Part shown: positions 42,196 to 54,593 of the stretch, one piece after another | How the letters are laid out: every line of letters starts with the position of its first letter | Position numbering within the stretch: position 1 is the stretch's first letter | Source of the DNA: Microthyrium microscopicum | Taxonomy: Eukaryota | DNA length: 64,000 nucleotides | Direction: 5' to 3' | Assembly (NCBI GenBank): GCA_010405405.1 | Contig: MU004231.1 | Span: 4,400,689 to 4,464,688, forward strand | Program-made: the position numbers and the translations under genes | The notes under the pieces: generated by a model | Told to the model about the DNA's origin: nothing | The model's input: the letters and a program-made list of their open reading frames with translations, nothing else | Databases searched by the model: none

Positions 42196-43333
42196 ATGGC
42201 CCCTCCTGTGGTAAGCAAATAACCTGATATTGCCATGTTTTGTCGGGCTTCCCGTCCACTCAACAATCTGGTGTTTTGTTGTTATATAACGATGCCGTGG
42301 ATACGTTGATTGACTACTAATTTATGCGTTTTTTCAGACGCCGAATCCGCGTCGTTTCTTGCTCAATAACCGTGAAAATGGACGTCCAAAATCTACCCAA
42401 AGGACACCTTTCCAACCATCAGCTCTACGCAATGCAACCCCAGCAACGCCAATTCAGCCAAGGACTGAGGAGTCTATCAGAACACAGGACCAGACTCGAC
42501 TCAAACAATTCGCACAGACGCCCAAGTTCGTTTCTCAAGCCACTAGGACCGCCGAAAAAGCTCAATCGCATACCATCAAACCTCCACCAGCTTTGCAACG
42601 ATTGGAATCTCTTGATAGTGATGGAGATGCCATCCAAGAGCTTTCACAAGACCAAACCAGTGATCCCTTGCTAGAGTCTCATCGAGCGGATGGCCATGAA
42701 GAAGAAATGCTTTTTGACATTTACCAACCAACAAATCACTTACCACCACAAAGCGACTCTCCAGTAGCCAAACGTCGCCGAATTTCTCACGACTCAATCG
42801 AGCCAATGCAAATCGAGGGCAGGACGACTTCTCCCCCGAGTTCTCCTCCACTACTTGGCGGATTGAACTCTGTCAAAAGATTTCTGCCAAGGACGACTAT
42901 CAATTCTACGGTTGATTCCACTCCCATCTCTCACCGACCATCATTTGTTCTACCCGCAACTTCACCTGATACCAAAGATGTAGATCCTCTTCCATCCCAC
43001 TTTTCACCACATCGAAAATCACAGCATCTGATTCAAGGCGGTCTTGCGGATACAATGCGCGCCCATATCATAGACTTGACAGCTGGTAGCGCCCATTCGC
43101 ATTCTCATCGACCCAGTACCTGGAAGTTCCATGTATCGGAAGCGAATGCACTGCCATCCATGGCACTTGTCAAAGGAACTATGGAGAATGGCAGGGAGGA
43201 GCATCTTCTTTTGGCCAGTCAAGGCTACTTGGTCAAATCTGGTGATACGATATCCGTAAAAGGAATCAATTGGGAAGTAGAATTACAAGATAGGAAGTGG
43301 ATCGTGTGTATTGACTGGAAGGTTGAGAGATGA
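42196..43333 (+). CDS. Uncharacterised protein (exons 42196-42210, 42338-43333)
   Basis: ATG GCC CCT CCT GTG|GTAAGC..TTTTCAG joins in frame to the 324-aa ORF. Disordered N-part, 'FSPHRK...GGLA' motif and a beta-rich C-terminus. Confidence 0.7.
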
Positions 43334-44176
43334 AGTCAGACCAGTTGGCATTCCTACAAACGAGGTTGGTAGGCAAAGCCGAACTCTGTCAATCCATCCA
43401 ATTATCTGCTGAACCACAGCTCCATGCTTGTCATCATGGTACCATTTTTGTGAAAGCGTTCCCGGGCTAGGCACGGTGCTCGGTGTTGAGCCTCTGATGT
43501 GCCGAAACCGCTCCGACGAAAATGCAAGGATACGATACAACAAGCAGCGATCATCCTTAGCAGTTCTTCTTCAAGCAATCTTTATTTTGAACAATGAAGA
43601 TAATATATCTCTGGTAGTAATATCAAAATACTTCAGATGGACCTAAAGAAGGACTAGGGGTTGGTAGACAAGCGGTACTATATATCGGAGCAGTAAAGCA
43701 GTAAGAGTAACCGGCGGTGTATCAGGCTGAACCCACATATGCCAACTCCAACATGTCGATCTTTGGGACGAATCCGCATTCAAGAATCTCTAGACCATGC
43801 AGCGGAAACCAATCCATGGCGCTGCCAGGGTGCAGTTCGCGCTGCCTTTTGAGCTAAGTTCAACAAATTGCCACTATTTGCCATGCATACTACTGCAGGT
43901 TGTGGAAACAATGACAGCAATTGGACTACAAAAACATGTTATATGAGCATTTGTCTGTCCAGGTGTGGGATTTACAAAGCCCAAAAATACTCTACATACT
44001 CGTTCTTTCCTAAAGTCAAGGTAACTAACGATATAACACCACTCCCACGTTGTGACACCTCAAGGATCCAACTTTCTACTCCGATTCATAATTGAACCCG
44101 CCAAAACAAATTATACTTCCGGCGGACCTTGTCCACGAGGAATATCAGTACTGGTGTACACCTCACAAATCACACA

Positions 44177-46071
44177 ATGGCTCGCTTTGGCAAACCAAAG
44201 CACCCGCCAGTATCATGGTCCGAACTACCTCACAAAGACCAACTCCTCCTCCTCATCCTCGCCCGGTTCTCGGAGCCACTCACAATGTCATCCATTAGAT
44301 CCTACATGTACTACCAGCTAAAATCATTTGACCAAACCCAGTCCGATGCCGCCATATCAAGTCAAGCTGGCTACATGACATCGATATTCATGTTTGCACA
44401 GTTCTTGACAGCATTCTGGTGGGGAAGAGCGGCAGACTCGGAGTACTTGGGACGAAAACGGGTGCTCTTGATCGGATTGATTGGCACAGGGATTAGTGCG
44501 ATTGGCTTTGGGTTCAGTACTAGCTTCTGGATGGCCATGGGTTTTAGGATGATCGGTGGTATGTTGAATGGGAATGTTGGTGTTATGCGGACTGTAAGTT
44601 GATCCTGAACTGTTGACATGTTCTTGGGCTAATTGATGGTAGATGGTTTCTGAGATGATCAAGGAGAAGAAGTAAGAATCGTCAGCACGTTTATGCTTGG
44701 GAGGATACTAATTCGCGACAGATATCAATCGAGAGCTTTCATGCTTATGCCGATGACAGGAAACATTGGGCAAATTATAGGGCCAATAATAGGAGGATTT
44801 CTGGCTGACCCGGTCTCCAACTATCCAGGATTGTTCGGCAAGAATTCGTTCTTTGGAGGAGATAATGGAGTTCAATGGATGATCCACTATCCATATGCTC
44901 TACCAAACCTACTGAGCGCATGTTTCCTGATAGGATCGGGATTAATTGTGCTCCTGGCTCTCAAAGAGGTAAGAAGCTCTGCAGAATATTCATAAGCACG
45001 TACTGACCGCTTTAGACCCATCCTGTTCTCAAGGAGCGACCAGATTGGGGTATCGAACTTCGCAAACTGATCATGAAAAAAGTCTTCAAACGCCAGGAAC
45101 AGGATATGAAATATATGCCAGTCCCAACCGACGAGTCAGCCTTCAACCCATTCACACCCGAGGTAGAGTTACAAGAGACTCCAGTCTCCTCGCCCACAAG
45201 GATAGCACCACGACCACCAGTAATTCGCAAAAAGACGCCACAGAAGCTTCCCTTCCGCCGTATCTTCACTCGAAATGTTGTGCTCACTCTCTTATCTCGT
45301 GGACTACTGGCCATGCACGTTGGAACATTCAACAACTTGTGGTACATATTCCTTTCTACGCCACGCGATCCTGAATCCAATAGCGGATCTAGTGGCTTCC
45401 GCTTCAACGGCGGTCTCGGACTTCCTCCTAATAGGATCGGAATCGTACTGAGCATCATTGGCGGCCTCGGCATCGCAATGCAGCTGATTATATATCCGTC
45501 TACATCACAACGATTCGGCACTATGATCTGTTATAGAGCGTCTCTGGTATTCTTTCCGGTCGCTTACTTCCTGGCTCCTTTCCTTGTGTTGCTACCAAGC
45601 AGTTCTCTCCCACCACTTCCTGCGTCAGGCTTCATCATCTGGACTGGCATTCTTTCCGTTCTATTTATATGGATTTTCGCCAAAACATTCGCCATGCCGA
45701 GCGCTGTCATCCTCGTCAACAACTGCTGTCCTCATCCGTCCGTTCTCAGTACCATTCACGGTATCTCGCAATCTGTGGCTTCGGGAATGCGTATGTTGGG
45801 TCCGGTGATGGGTGGCTGGGGTTTCGCATTGGCGTTGCAGATCAGACTAGTCATATTCCCATTTTGGACCATCATGGTCTTATCAGCGCTCGCGGTAGTC
45901 TTCAGTCTAGCTCTCACTGAAGGTGACGGACATGAGGTCAAACTAGAAGGCGAAGAGGAGGAATTCGAAGAAGCCGAGAAAGATGCCGCAGAAGCCAATG
46001 ATGTTGAGGTAGCTACCGATGAGGCTTCGAAGCGCGATGGTCTGGGCTTGAAGGATGTACATACACCTTAG
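44177..46071 (+). CDS. Major facilitator superfamily transporter (4 exons)
   Basis: MFS motif A 'WWGRAADSEYLGRKRVLLIG', 'GMLNGNVGVMRT' and multiple TM helices. Introns near 44595-44642, 44672-44720 and 44969-45015. Confidence 0.92.
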
Positions 46072-46191
46072 TGTGTAACCAAAAGGCTTTATAACGCATT
46101 TCACGGCGATGATTATGAGGATGCATTTCGGGTGTTTAGTTTGAACATTTATCTAGGTTCAATCGGCATCAGCTGTGAATAATACTGCAAA

Positions 46192-47772
46192 TTATTGCAT
46201 AATCTCTTGATAGTCTTGGCTTCCTTTGAGACATTTCGATATGTGGATCAAATGTCCTCGTTCTCGTCGGACGTAAGCGGCGAAACATGCTGCTCCTGTT
46301 ATCACTGCGCCTAGGCTGATGAAGACTGGTATCAGGAAATCTTTTGGCTGAGGAAATATCACGGTCGATGTGAAGGCGAGAAGTTCAAAGAAGTTCTGAA
46401 GAGCTTGTTCGGAGGTGGAGAACTCGCCACGCTTGTCTTCCGCTGTAGCCTGTAGATCAGATGATTAGCTGATAGAGCAAGTCAAAGGAACGCTCCAACG
46501 TACCTCTTGGACAATATCTTGCACTGCCAGATCTACAGCCCAAAGTCCCAATCTGCTCAAGATAATTCCGGCCGTCAATGCCGGGCCAGCTCGCCCTGGT
46601 GTGCTCTGCAGCAAGGCGAATGCAAACACCGCTCCCGTCAGAGACAATACTTGAAAGTTTATTGACCACAGACCAGCTCGGACGTCCCCCAAGTGCTTCA
46701 TGAGTGGTGGCGCAAGACAGGTGGCAAGAAGCTCAGAGATGACGGCTGCAAATCGGAAGAGACTGACTGAAACAGCGTCGAATCCATTGGAGAGCATATA
46801 TGCTTGCCATTGGGATGCGGTGGAGAGAACAGTGAGATAGAGCAGTGAAAGTGAGAAGGACGGTAAGAAGGCTGGTGAATGCGTGTAAGTTTTCCAGGCT
46901 GATAAGCAGTTGGATCTGTGGCTGGTGCCCTTTTGATGCTGCTGTTGTGAGCTTCGAGTTGCTCCTTCAGAAGCTTCCTCGAGTTCTACAGTTTGTCCTA
47001 GACTGTCATCTCTTTGTTGCGCTCTCACTGCCAGTTCTGGAACGGCACTGTAGACGCGAGCAATAGCAATGTATTCTGCAAGTACCGAGCATGTTGTTAG
47101 ACCCAACAACACTAGAACCGATATCAGGGTTGAGTATGCCTGGATCAATGAAATAAACACTGGCGCTGCTAGTTTGCAGAATAAGTCGATTCTTCGCATT
47201 GCAGCATTTAGCTGTGCTCTGTCGATGTCCAGGCTTGTAGCTATGACAATTGCCCCTGCCCAAAGTTAGCCATTACATTTTTCTCTAGTACCATGGCACT
47301 TACAGTCTCTTTCAATGGCTACAGTATTTGCAATAGAAGCGAGTTTCTCAACACAGGCCAACAGCACAGTGATTGAAAAGCATACTCCAAAGAGCAACCT
47401 TGGTAACCCATGATCATTGTTAGAATTGGTAATCATCAACAAGCCAAAAATTGCACAAGAAGTAGCGACCGGAATCCTCTGCCATATTATCGATGCTCGA
47501 ATAACAACTAGTCGATTTGAGTGATCAATATAGCTTCCGATTTTGGATGAAAGTACTGTGGCCGCAAATGCGCGTACCAATGCATAAACTGAGGAGTAGA
47601 AAAGTGTGCCTGGAGTAATACTGATGATGAACAAAATTGCGCCAAATTCGAAAGCTCTTGAGTTCCAGACGGATAGGAAATGAGAAACATAGAGTCTTCG
47701 AGTTGTGGTAGAGACTGAATGCTCTCTGTGGGACAAAGCATCGTCATCGAATCGATCTACCATCCCGTCCAT
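46192..47772 (-). CDS. Ferroportin (FPN1/SLC40)-family metal exporter (3 exons)
   Basis: 'RLYVSHFLSVWNSRAFEFGA','NTVAIERD','NAAMRRIDLFCKLAAP','LLYLTVLS','SRLGLWAVDLAVQDIVQE','EQALQNFFEL','RRERGHLIH'. Confidence 0.9.
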
Positions 47773-48204
47773 TTCACTGAAATACAGCTGGGGTTCGTGT
47801 TGATCAAACTGCGTCTTGCTCGGACTAGACCAAGAAGCATTTCGGAGTTAATTTATGTCGATAGTAGAAGGTCTTCGGTTGCAAATACTATGTACATAAT
47901 GTATGTAGAACTTGAAGTAGGGTTTAAGCGAAAGCGGCGGATATAATCGTATGGTCAGCACACCATAACTTCGAGTTTACTCAAACTCTTGGTGGTTGAA
48001 AAAATAAAAGCAAGACTTTCGTTCGAAGAATAATGGGCGAGTTTTAACTTCCAGTAAACGTAGCACGTAAAACTAATTTATTGCATAAAAGAACAAACGC
48101 TGCTTCAATTTCGTGTTTTGCAATCGATGTCAATATTGTTGTCGCTGGTCTAATGAATACATTTAGCTAAGAGCAATGGCTTCCTTCAGAAGTTAAACAT
48201 CCGT

Positions 48205-49850
48205 TTAATTGCTCGGGTTGACTCGTGTGGCTGCCATAGAGTATCGAGGAGTCGCCATTGCATGTCCTATCATCATGGGCTTCGTTGGGGGAAGAACCGA
48301 TGAGCGTTTCGCATCGTCACCTTTGCCAATTTGTTCTCTCAATATTTTCACCTGCTTCTTGAGCGCAACCCAGAGAGGATACTTGTCCAACTCATCTTCG
48401 TCGTCTGGTTTGTCTTCCTCACTGGCGGAGTCATCATCTGACCCTACAACAAGCTCAAGTAATGATGCAAGGAACGCCTCCTGCATGTAGGCAAAGGAGA
48501 AGCTTTCTGTAATTTTTGCAAACGCAGGGCATAGCTCTGACGGAAATTCGATATCCATGTCACCACCTGGAGCTTCAAGACTGGCCGAATCTTCCAGCTC
48601 CTGGTTTTGAAGAACTTTGTGTCTCCAGAATTCGGCGTATTGGATTCTCTGCTCCAAATCTGGATTTGGAAAGAGGTACTTCCGGTCAAAGCGACTGTTA
48701 TTTTATTAGCTTAATCGATCAATCAGGATCTAGAAGACTTACCTGGGCCGTTTGCTGATGCCTGGATCTAGTCTTTCAAGATGATTTGTCGAGCCAACCA
48801 TCAGAATGCCGTCGTTGGCAGCAATACCATCGACCTGGTTCAAAAAGAAAGATCGCACCGAGTCTGTGACTAGAGAGTCAAGATCTTCGAACACTAGATA
48901 GCAAGGCGCCAACGCGCGAGCTTTTGAGAATATGTCGTTCAAGGCTGCTTCAGGGCCGCGAAAGTTGGCCAAAGTTTTCACATAGAGCGTAGGAACTTCA
49001 TCCTTGCGTTTGTACAGCATGTGCATGGTTGCTTTGATAGAGATCGTTTTCCCATTGCCTGGAGGACCATGAAAGATCACTCCGCGTTTCCAGGGAACAC
49101 CTAGGCGTTGGTATGTGGATCGATTGTCGTAGAAACGAGAAATATCATCTATCAGGCTCTTCTTCATTTTCTGGTCTAGGATGACATTTTTCCATTCAGC
49201 CTTCTCGATGGAGCGCCATAGTGCAGCGTCTTTCTGCCAATCTAGTAATCAAGTTAGCCTATTGTCTAGCAGTATTGGTGTGCTTCAGATAACTTACAGC
49301 CTTGATCATAGACCCAAATCTCTTCATGAAGTTGGCTGGTGAATAGACCTGCAGCTAATACGAGTGGGCTAACTTCTTTAGGTGAGTTTCCAATTATGTA
49401 TTGGTTTGTAACCGGAAACGTAGAATTGGCACCATCGCGTCCTTCGATGACAAAGACGATGTACTCCAGGCCTTTCCAGGACACGAGATATTTACCAAAT
49501 AGCGTTTTGGTTGATATATTCCCAAAGCTTCCATCTAGACGAGACGGTGGAGCAACATATTGGTGCCATTCGAGAGGACCCTCAGCTGTGCCATTGGAAT
49601 TCGGATCAGGTGTGACAATAGCTTCTCCTGACTTGCCAAAGCCTACAATGTCACATGTAGCAGGGCTCGGAACAATAGTGACATGCTTTCCAGGATACAA
49701 ATTCTTCAGTCTTTGTATGATGACCAAATCGGTGTTGATTCTGATCTCTTGGGCGTTACGAATGTAATCCGCGGCCAGTGGGTCCTGTTGTGGTTCTCGT
49801 GGAGGACGGTTAGACTCCGCCTTTGTGTCAGTCATTGTCGATTTTGTCAT
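48205..49850 (-). CDS. AAA+ ATPase (single AAA module, fungal uncharacterised type; 3 exons)
   Basis: Walker A GPPGNGKT, Walker B LVFEDLD, SRH 'STNHLERLDPGISKRPSRFDRKY'. Confidence 0.9.
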
Positions 49851-51957
49851 TGTGAGATGAGAACTAAATCAATCAGATGGTAGTCTTATATATCAGAATA
49901 TCGCAGGTTGTGGGAGAGCAGGCTGCTGTGTAGGCAACAGCACATCAGGAGGTTGCGAGGTTAAGTTGGTGACTTCATTCGCCAGCCAAATCCTTCGAGT
50001 GCAGGGTGGTCGTACATTATCATCCTTCGCCACTTCTTCATCAGTAAGTAATGTAGCACAACAATTCTTTGGTGAAACTTTGCTTTTCAGTTCAAATCGC
50101 ACGGAATGGAAAATATTGAAAGTCATATTATTTACTTAGTGAATAATGAAGGTCGAACCAATTCAAATGCCTGTAAAAGGTACATGAACTTTAGGTGTTG
50201 ATCACCTTGAAGCCCTGCTGGAGCCTTTGATTGAGAAGTGGAAGACGCCTAATACGCACCTTTCGTATCTATTTTGATAAAAGGTTCTGAAACGATACAG
50301 GAGCCAAATTCGACGAATTGTCATCACAGATTGTGTCAAGAAAATCAATGAAAGGGACATTTTAAGCAGCATTTTGTGACATTATTTTTTGTCATTGAAT
50401 ATCCGTGGGCACGACCTAATATAACTTATCCCAAGTATTATGCAATATGAGCAGCATGTTCTTCTGGATTCCTTTTCTCGCGCTTTGACAGCTGTTGTTG
50501 TAAGCGATTTATACTCTATCCCTTGGCTGATATTTAAACAGGTTGAGATGGATAAAACCACAAAGCTGCTTGAAGAATATAGCTACTAGTATTTATTTCA
50601 CTATTTCCCAATAACTTACTCAACGGAAATTCAGTTTTGTGAGCTAATACAATGCTCGAAGCAAAAAGAAAGGTTCAGTGATGCATTAAGGTGTCAATTC
50701 ACAAGCAAGCCCTACAGGTTTTTGTTGGTTGATTCATCACGTTTATGGTAACAGGTCGTCTGATGTAACTCATTGCTTTGCTAGATGATCTAGATCGCAG
50801 CCGAGATCCTCTACCGGGAATACTTCCTTTGGCAGGTGGTTATCCAAGTTCACTGACAGCAAGACCTGGCTCAACTTTCGCCAATCAAAATGTCTAATAC
50901 TCTGTACAGGCAAGGAAAAGAATCCAACTCAGTAGCCAGGAGTCGTGTCATTGGCTCTTTATCTTGCTTGTTTGCAGATTACTCCTCATGTACAATGTTC
51001 GCGTAGAGCAGACTCCTATATGCAATTCGCAACTGCACCTCCTTTTCGAGCCAGAAAGCATCTTTGTGTTTGGATCATGTGGACAGTTCCAGCTTTCAGG
51101 ATATGCCATAAAAGATTAACGCCAATCCTGAGGCATATTCTGTTCATCCACGGCCCGTGGCGAAGCCTATTTCACATCATGAGGATTTACTGCGTGCCCA
51201 GATCGCCATGATCCTAACGTCGATCTGGCCCTTGTTCAACAGATTTCACAAGGAACTTCTTTGGTTAGCAAGCTACATAAGTCATGAAGATCAGAGACAT
51301 TAAGGTTACCCAATGATAAGAACTTTTCTAACCGATTCGAAACGCTAAACGACCATTAATTGGACAACACAAATCCTTATCGATCTACGAATCGTAGAAT
51401 CTACGCGACTGCCAAGTGTAACTTTTGTCACCTTCCAGGAGCTTGATGTTTTCCGGGAGGTCGGTTAAATTGATCTAGGAACCTATCTGCATCGCCTTGG
51501 TTCACAGCCACATTTGCGGCCGATAAGATGAATCGCGGACGTCAACTCAAGGTCTTGTAGCGGAGGATGTCGTGGGGCATTCTTATGTGACTTCTAACTA
51601 CAAGACACTGTCAAGGGCGAGGTATAGACAATATTTGTACTGTGGGATTGAAGGAGCACCTATGTGCAATAGTAAAATATGTCACTGAAGCTCAAGAGGT
51701 TGCACGAGTCGGTGACTCGACCCCAACGGCCATGATATCGCAAAACGCTGGACGCCTTCTCGACTTGTGCTAGTCGAAGAATTGTGAATACTACTCACCT
51801 CTTTCCGATCACTTGAAGCACCAGAAGCTACTGCAACATGATGGTCCATCCAAGTGATCGTGAAAAGTCTATATAATCGAGGTTATACCAAGATCAAGTC
51901 TAGGACATCCAAGTCAAAGTTCAATCATTCCACCTTTCAGACCAATCCGTTTTCGAG

Positions 51958-52938
51958 ATGTTTACCAAATTTGCACTTACAGGTCTTTTGGCTTCTGGTG
52001 TTGCAACCGCTGCCACACTACCCAAAGCAGATGTCTGGCAACCAGAGCTCACTCCTAAATGGCAAATTATTCTGTCCAGTACTTTGAACAGCGCCTCTCG
52101 AATTGTCCCTTCCGATGCAAAGGTCTGGGATTTGGATGTGTTCGAAACGAGTGCTAGTACCATTAGCAAGCTTCAAGACGCTGGCTCCAAAGTCATTTGC
52201 TACTACAGCGCAGGAACTTCTGAAGAAGGTCGCAATGACTTGGGTGGTCTAACTAGCAGTGACTACGGAAAAGGTCTACCTGACTGGCCAGGAGAGAAGT
52301 ACATCAACATCAAGAGTGATCGAGTTTGGAGTGTCATGAAAGGCCGCATCGATATGGCCAAGGAGAAGGGCTGTGATGCTGTGGACCCCGACAACATGGG
52401 TAAGTTGCATTCAGTAGCTATAAGTGTCGTCAATATCTAACTTACAGCAGATGGCTACTCCAACGACAATGGCCTAGGTCTTACGCAAGCCGATGCTATT
52501 GCTTTCGTCAAGAAGCAATCGTCTTATGCCCACTCTCTAGGCATGTCAATTGGATTGAAGAACGCTGAGGAGATTCTTGATCAGGTTCAGGACTCCATCG
52601 AGTTCGCTGTGAACGAAGAATGCACCAAGACTGGACGATGTGCCTGGTACAATAACCTTCTCGCTGCTCAAAAGCCAGTCTTCCATATCGAGTATGGCTC
52701 CAAGAGCGACTCCAACACATATTGCCTCAAGTCAATGAGCAATGGTAACCAGTTTGCGACTGTTATCAAGCACCTGTCTCTTGACGGCTGGGTGGTAAGC
52801 ACTATGAATCGTAATCATGAGTTTGATACTGACAGCTCGTTTTAGGTATATTGTGATGGTAGTGAATACACCTCTAGTGTGGCGGACAAGAGTGTTGATA
52901 ATGGAAATGAGATTGACAGCGGGAACGAAGACGCTTAG
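51958..52938 (+). CDS. Secreted glycoside hydrolase family 114 (endo-alpha-1,4-polygalactosaminidase-like; 3 exons)
   Basis: Signal peptide, then 'KWQIIL','WDLDVFE','KVICYYSAGTSE','DWPGEKY','KGCDAVDPDNMDGY','IGLKNA','FAVNEEC','KPVFHIEY'. Confidence 0.9.
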
Positions 52939-53230
52939 ATGGGATGCATTCTCTTCGTGTACATATCTCAGCATAACATTGGAGCGCTATTCAACTAATG
53001 GTAAATGATTTTTTTTCAAACTTTGTTCCAAGTTTTTCATGCAATGCGGTATTTCGGATTAAGCATGAATTCACGTTGGGGATAGGTTGGAATGATAGGA
53101 CGGTGGGGAATTGATGACAAACTATGACAGCCGCAAGCTTCAGCAGAGATTGGCACGTGTGGGTAAAATACCGACTGATTTGATAGACATAATCTCGTTA
53201 CTTGAATGCAATAATGGGCAAGAGGCTAGA

Positions 53231-54182
53231 CTAACTAGACACATTTTGTTGTGCCCCATTACCGTTGCCCCAGATGCTCGCAGAGAAATCTCCATACCGA
53301 AATACTTCTTTCTTTCCACCTAGTCCTGAACTGCCTTGACCTTTCTTGAGCACACGCCGTCCAACGAACTCACGTAATACCTCATCAACCTCTTCCTCGG
53401 TCATTGGCGAGCCAGACTCCGGAAGAGTGGTCAAGAGCGCATCTCGTAGCTCATTCACGTCGATTTGACCGGAGTCGTCATCGTCGAAAGCTCCAAATGC
53501 ACCCATCAGCTCATCTTGTCGGCTTAAATGAGCGAGATCACTAGTGAGAAGTCCAAGGTATGCGCCAAGATTGAGAGCAGGAACGCCGGGTGGGAAGTAG
53601 GTTGAAAGAGTGGAGGATGAGTTGTCAAGGCCAAGTTCAGCGAGGGCTACTGCTACGTCTCCCGGAGCAATTTGTCCACTATTTGAGCGATCCAGTACAG
53701 AGAACGATTCTCTCATGGTATGCAGATGTTGTGGAGGGATAGACGATAATGGATCGGAGTTGTTGCCTTTCAGCGATGTTGATGTGGTACTCCGTACTGG
53801 TGCAGATGGTCGCGTAGTTGCTGCTGGTGGCTGTGGAAGACCTCTAGGCTTCACATCTTCACTTGACGGGAGTCGGAACGGTATCGGGGACTTTGAAGGT
53901 GATGGCGCTGGACTCCCTTGCTTAATCCAGGATCGGTCTGTTGTTGGTGTAGATCGCGTATCGGCAGGCGGAGGATGAGATGGCGTGGCTTGCTTCAGCG
54001 GCGAGCCTTGAGGTGTAGGTGCGCGTACTGTAGAGGGAGATCGTCCCAATGGGGAATCAGGACGTCGGAAAGGCGAGGCGCGTTGTGAGGTAAAGGATAG
54101 CGAATGTTTGGAGGGTGATGATGGATTAGACTAATAATTCTTAGCAGAGTACAAATTGCCTAAGTGGATGTAAACATACCAT
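53231..54182 (-). CDS. EF-hand protein, probable myosin regulatory light chain with Ser/Pro-rich N-terminal extension
   Basis: 'MRESFSVLDRSNSGQI' and 'LMGAFGAFDDDDSGQIDVNELRDAL'. The first exon is the ATG alone (ATG|GTATGT), with an intron at ~54131-54179. Confidence 0.8.
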
Positions 54183-54593
54183 GTCTTCCGAGTTATTCTT
54201 GTCAGGTTAATCGTATCTGGGGTTTTGGGAGAATATGCTGCTAAGAACTTGAGATAGCTGGTTTCGTAGAAGTTTTGGTGTTGTATGGTAAACAATCAAG
54301 ATGAAAGCTCCAAAACACCATGCCTTTCTGGGCTAGCTCGGGTTGATGGGCTGACGCGCGGCTAATCCTTGCGCCCTGACCCCGTAAGTAAGCGCCATCC
54401 ACAAGGCCGAGTTTACATCTTGTTCCAGTAGAAGGAATAAGGGGGATTTGATTCACACCAACCTCCGCCTCTTACATCTTCGCTGTTGAACGGTATACTG
54501 TCGCTGCATAAATACAACCCTCTTCCTTATCCAGAATAAAGAGAGCCTGATCTCGATGTCGTATTGCAAGCGAACGTCGTAACCTCTGCCGCA

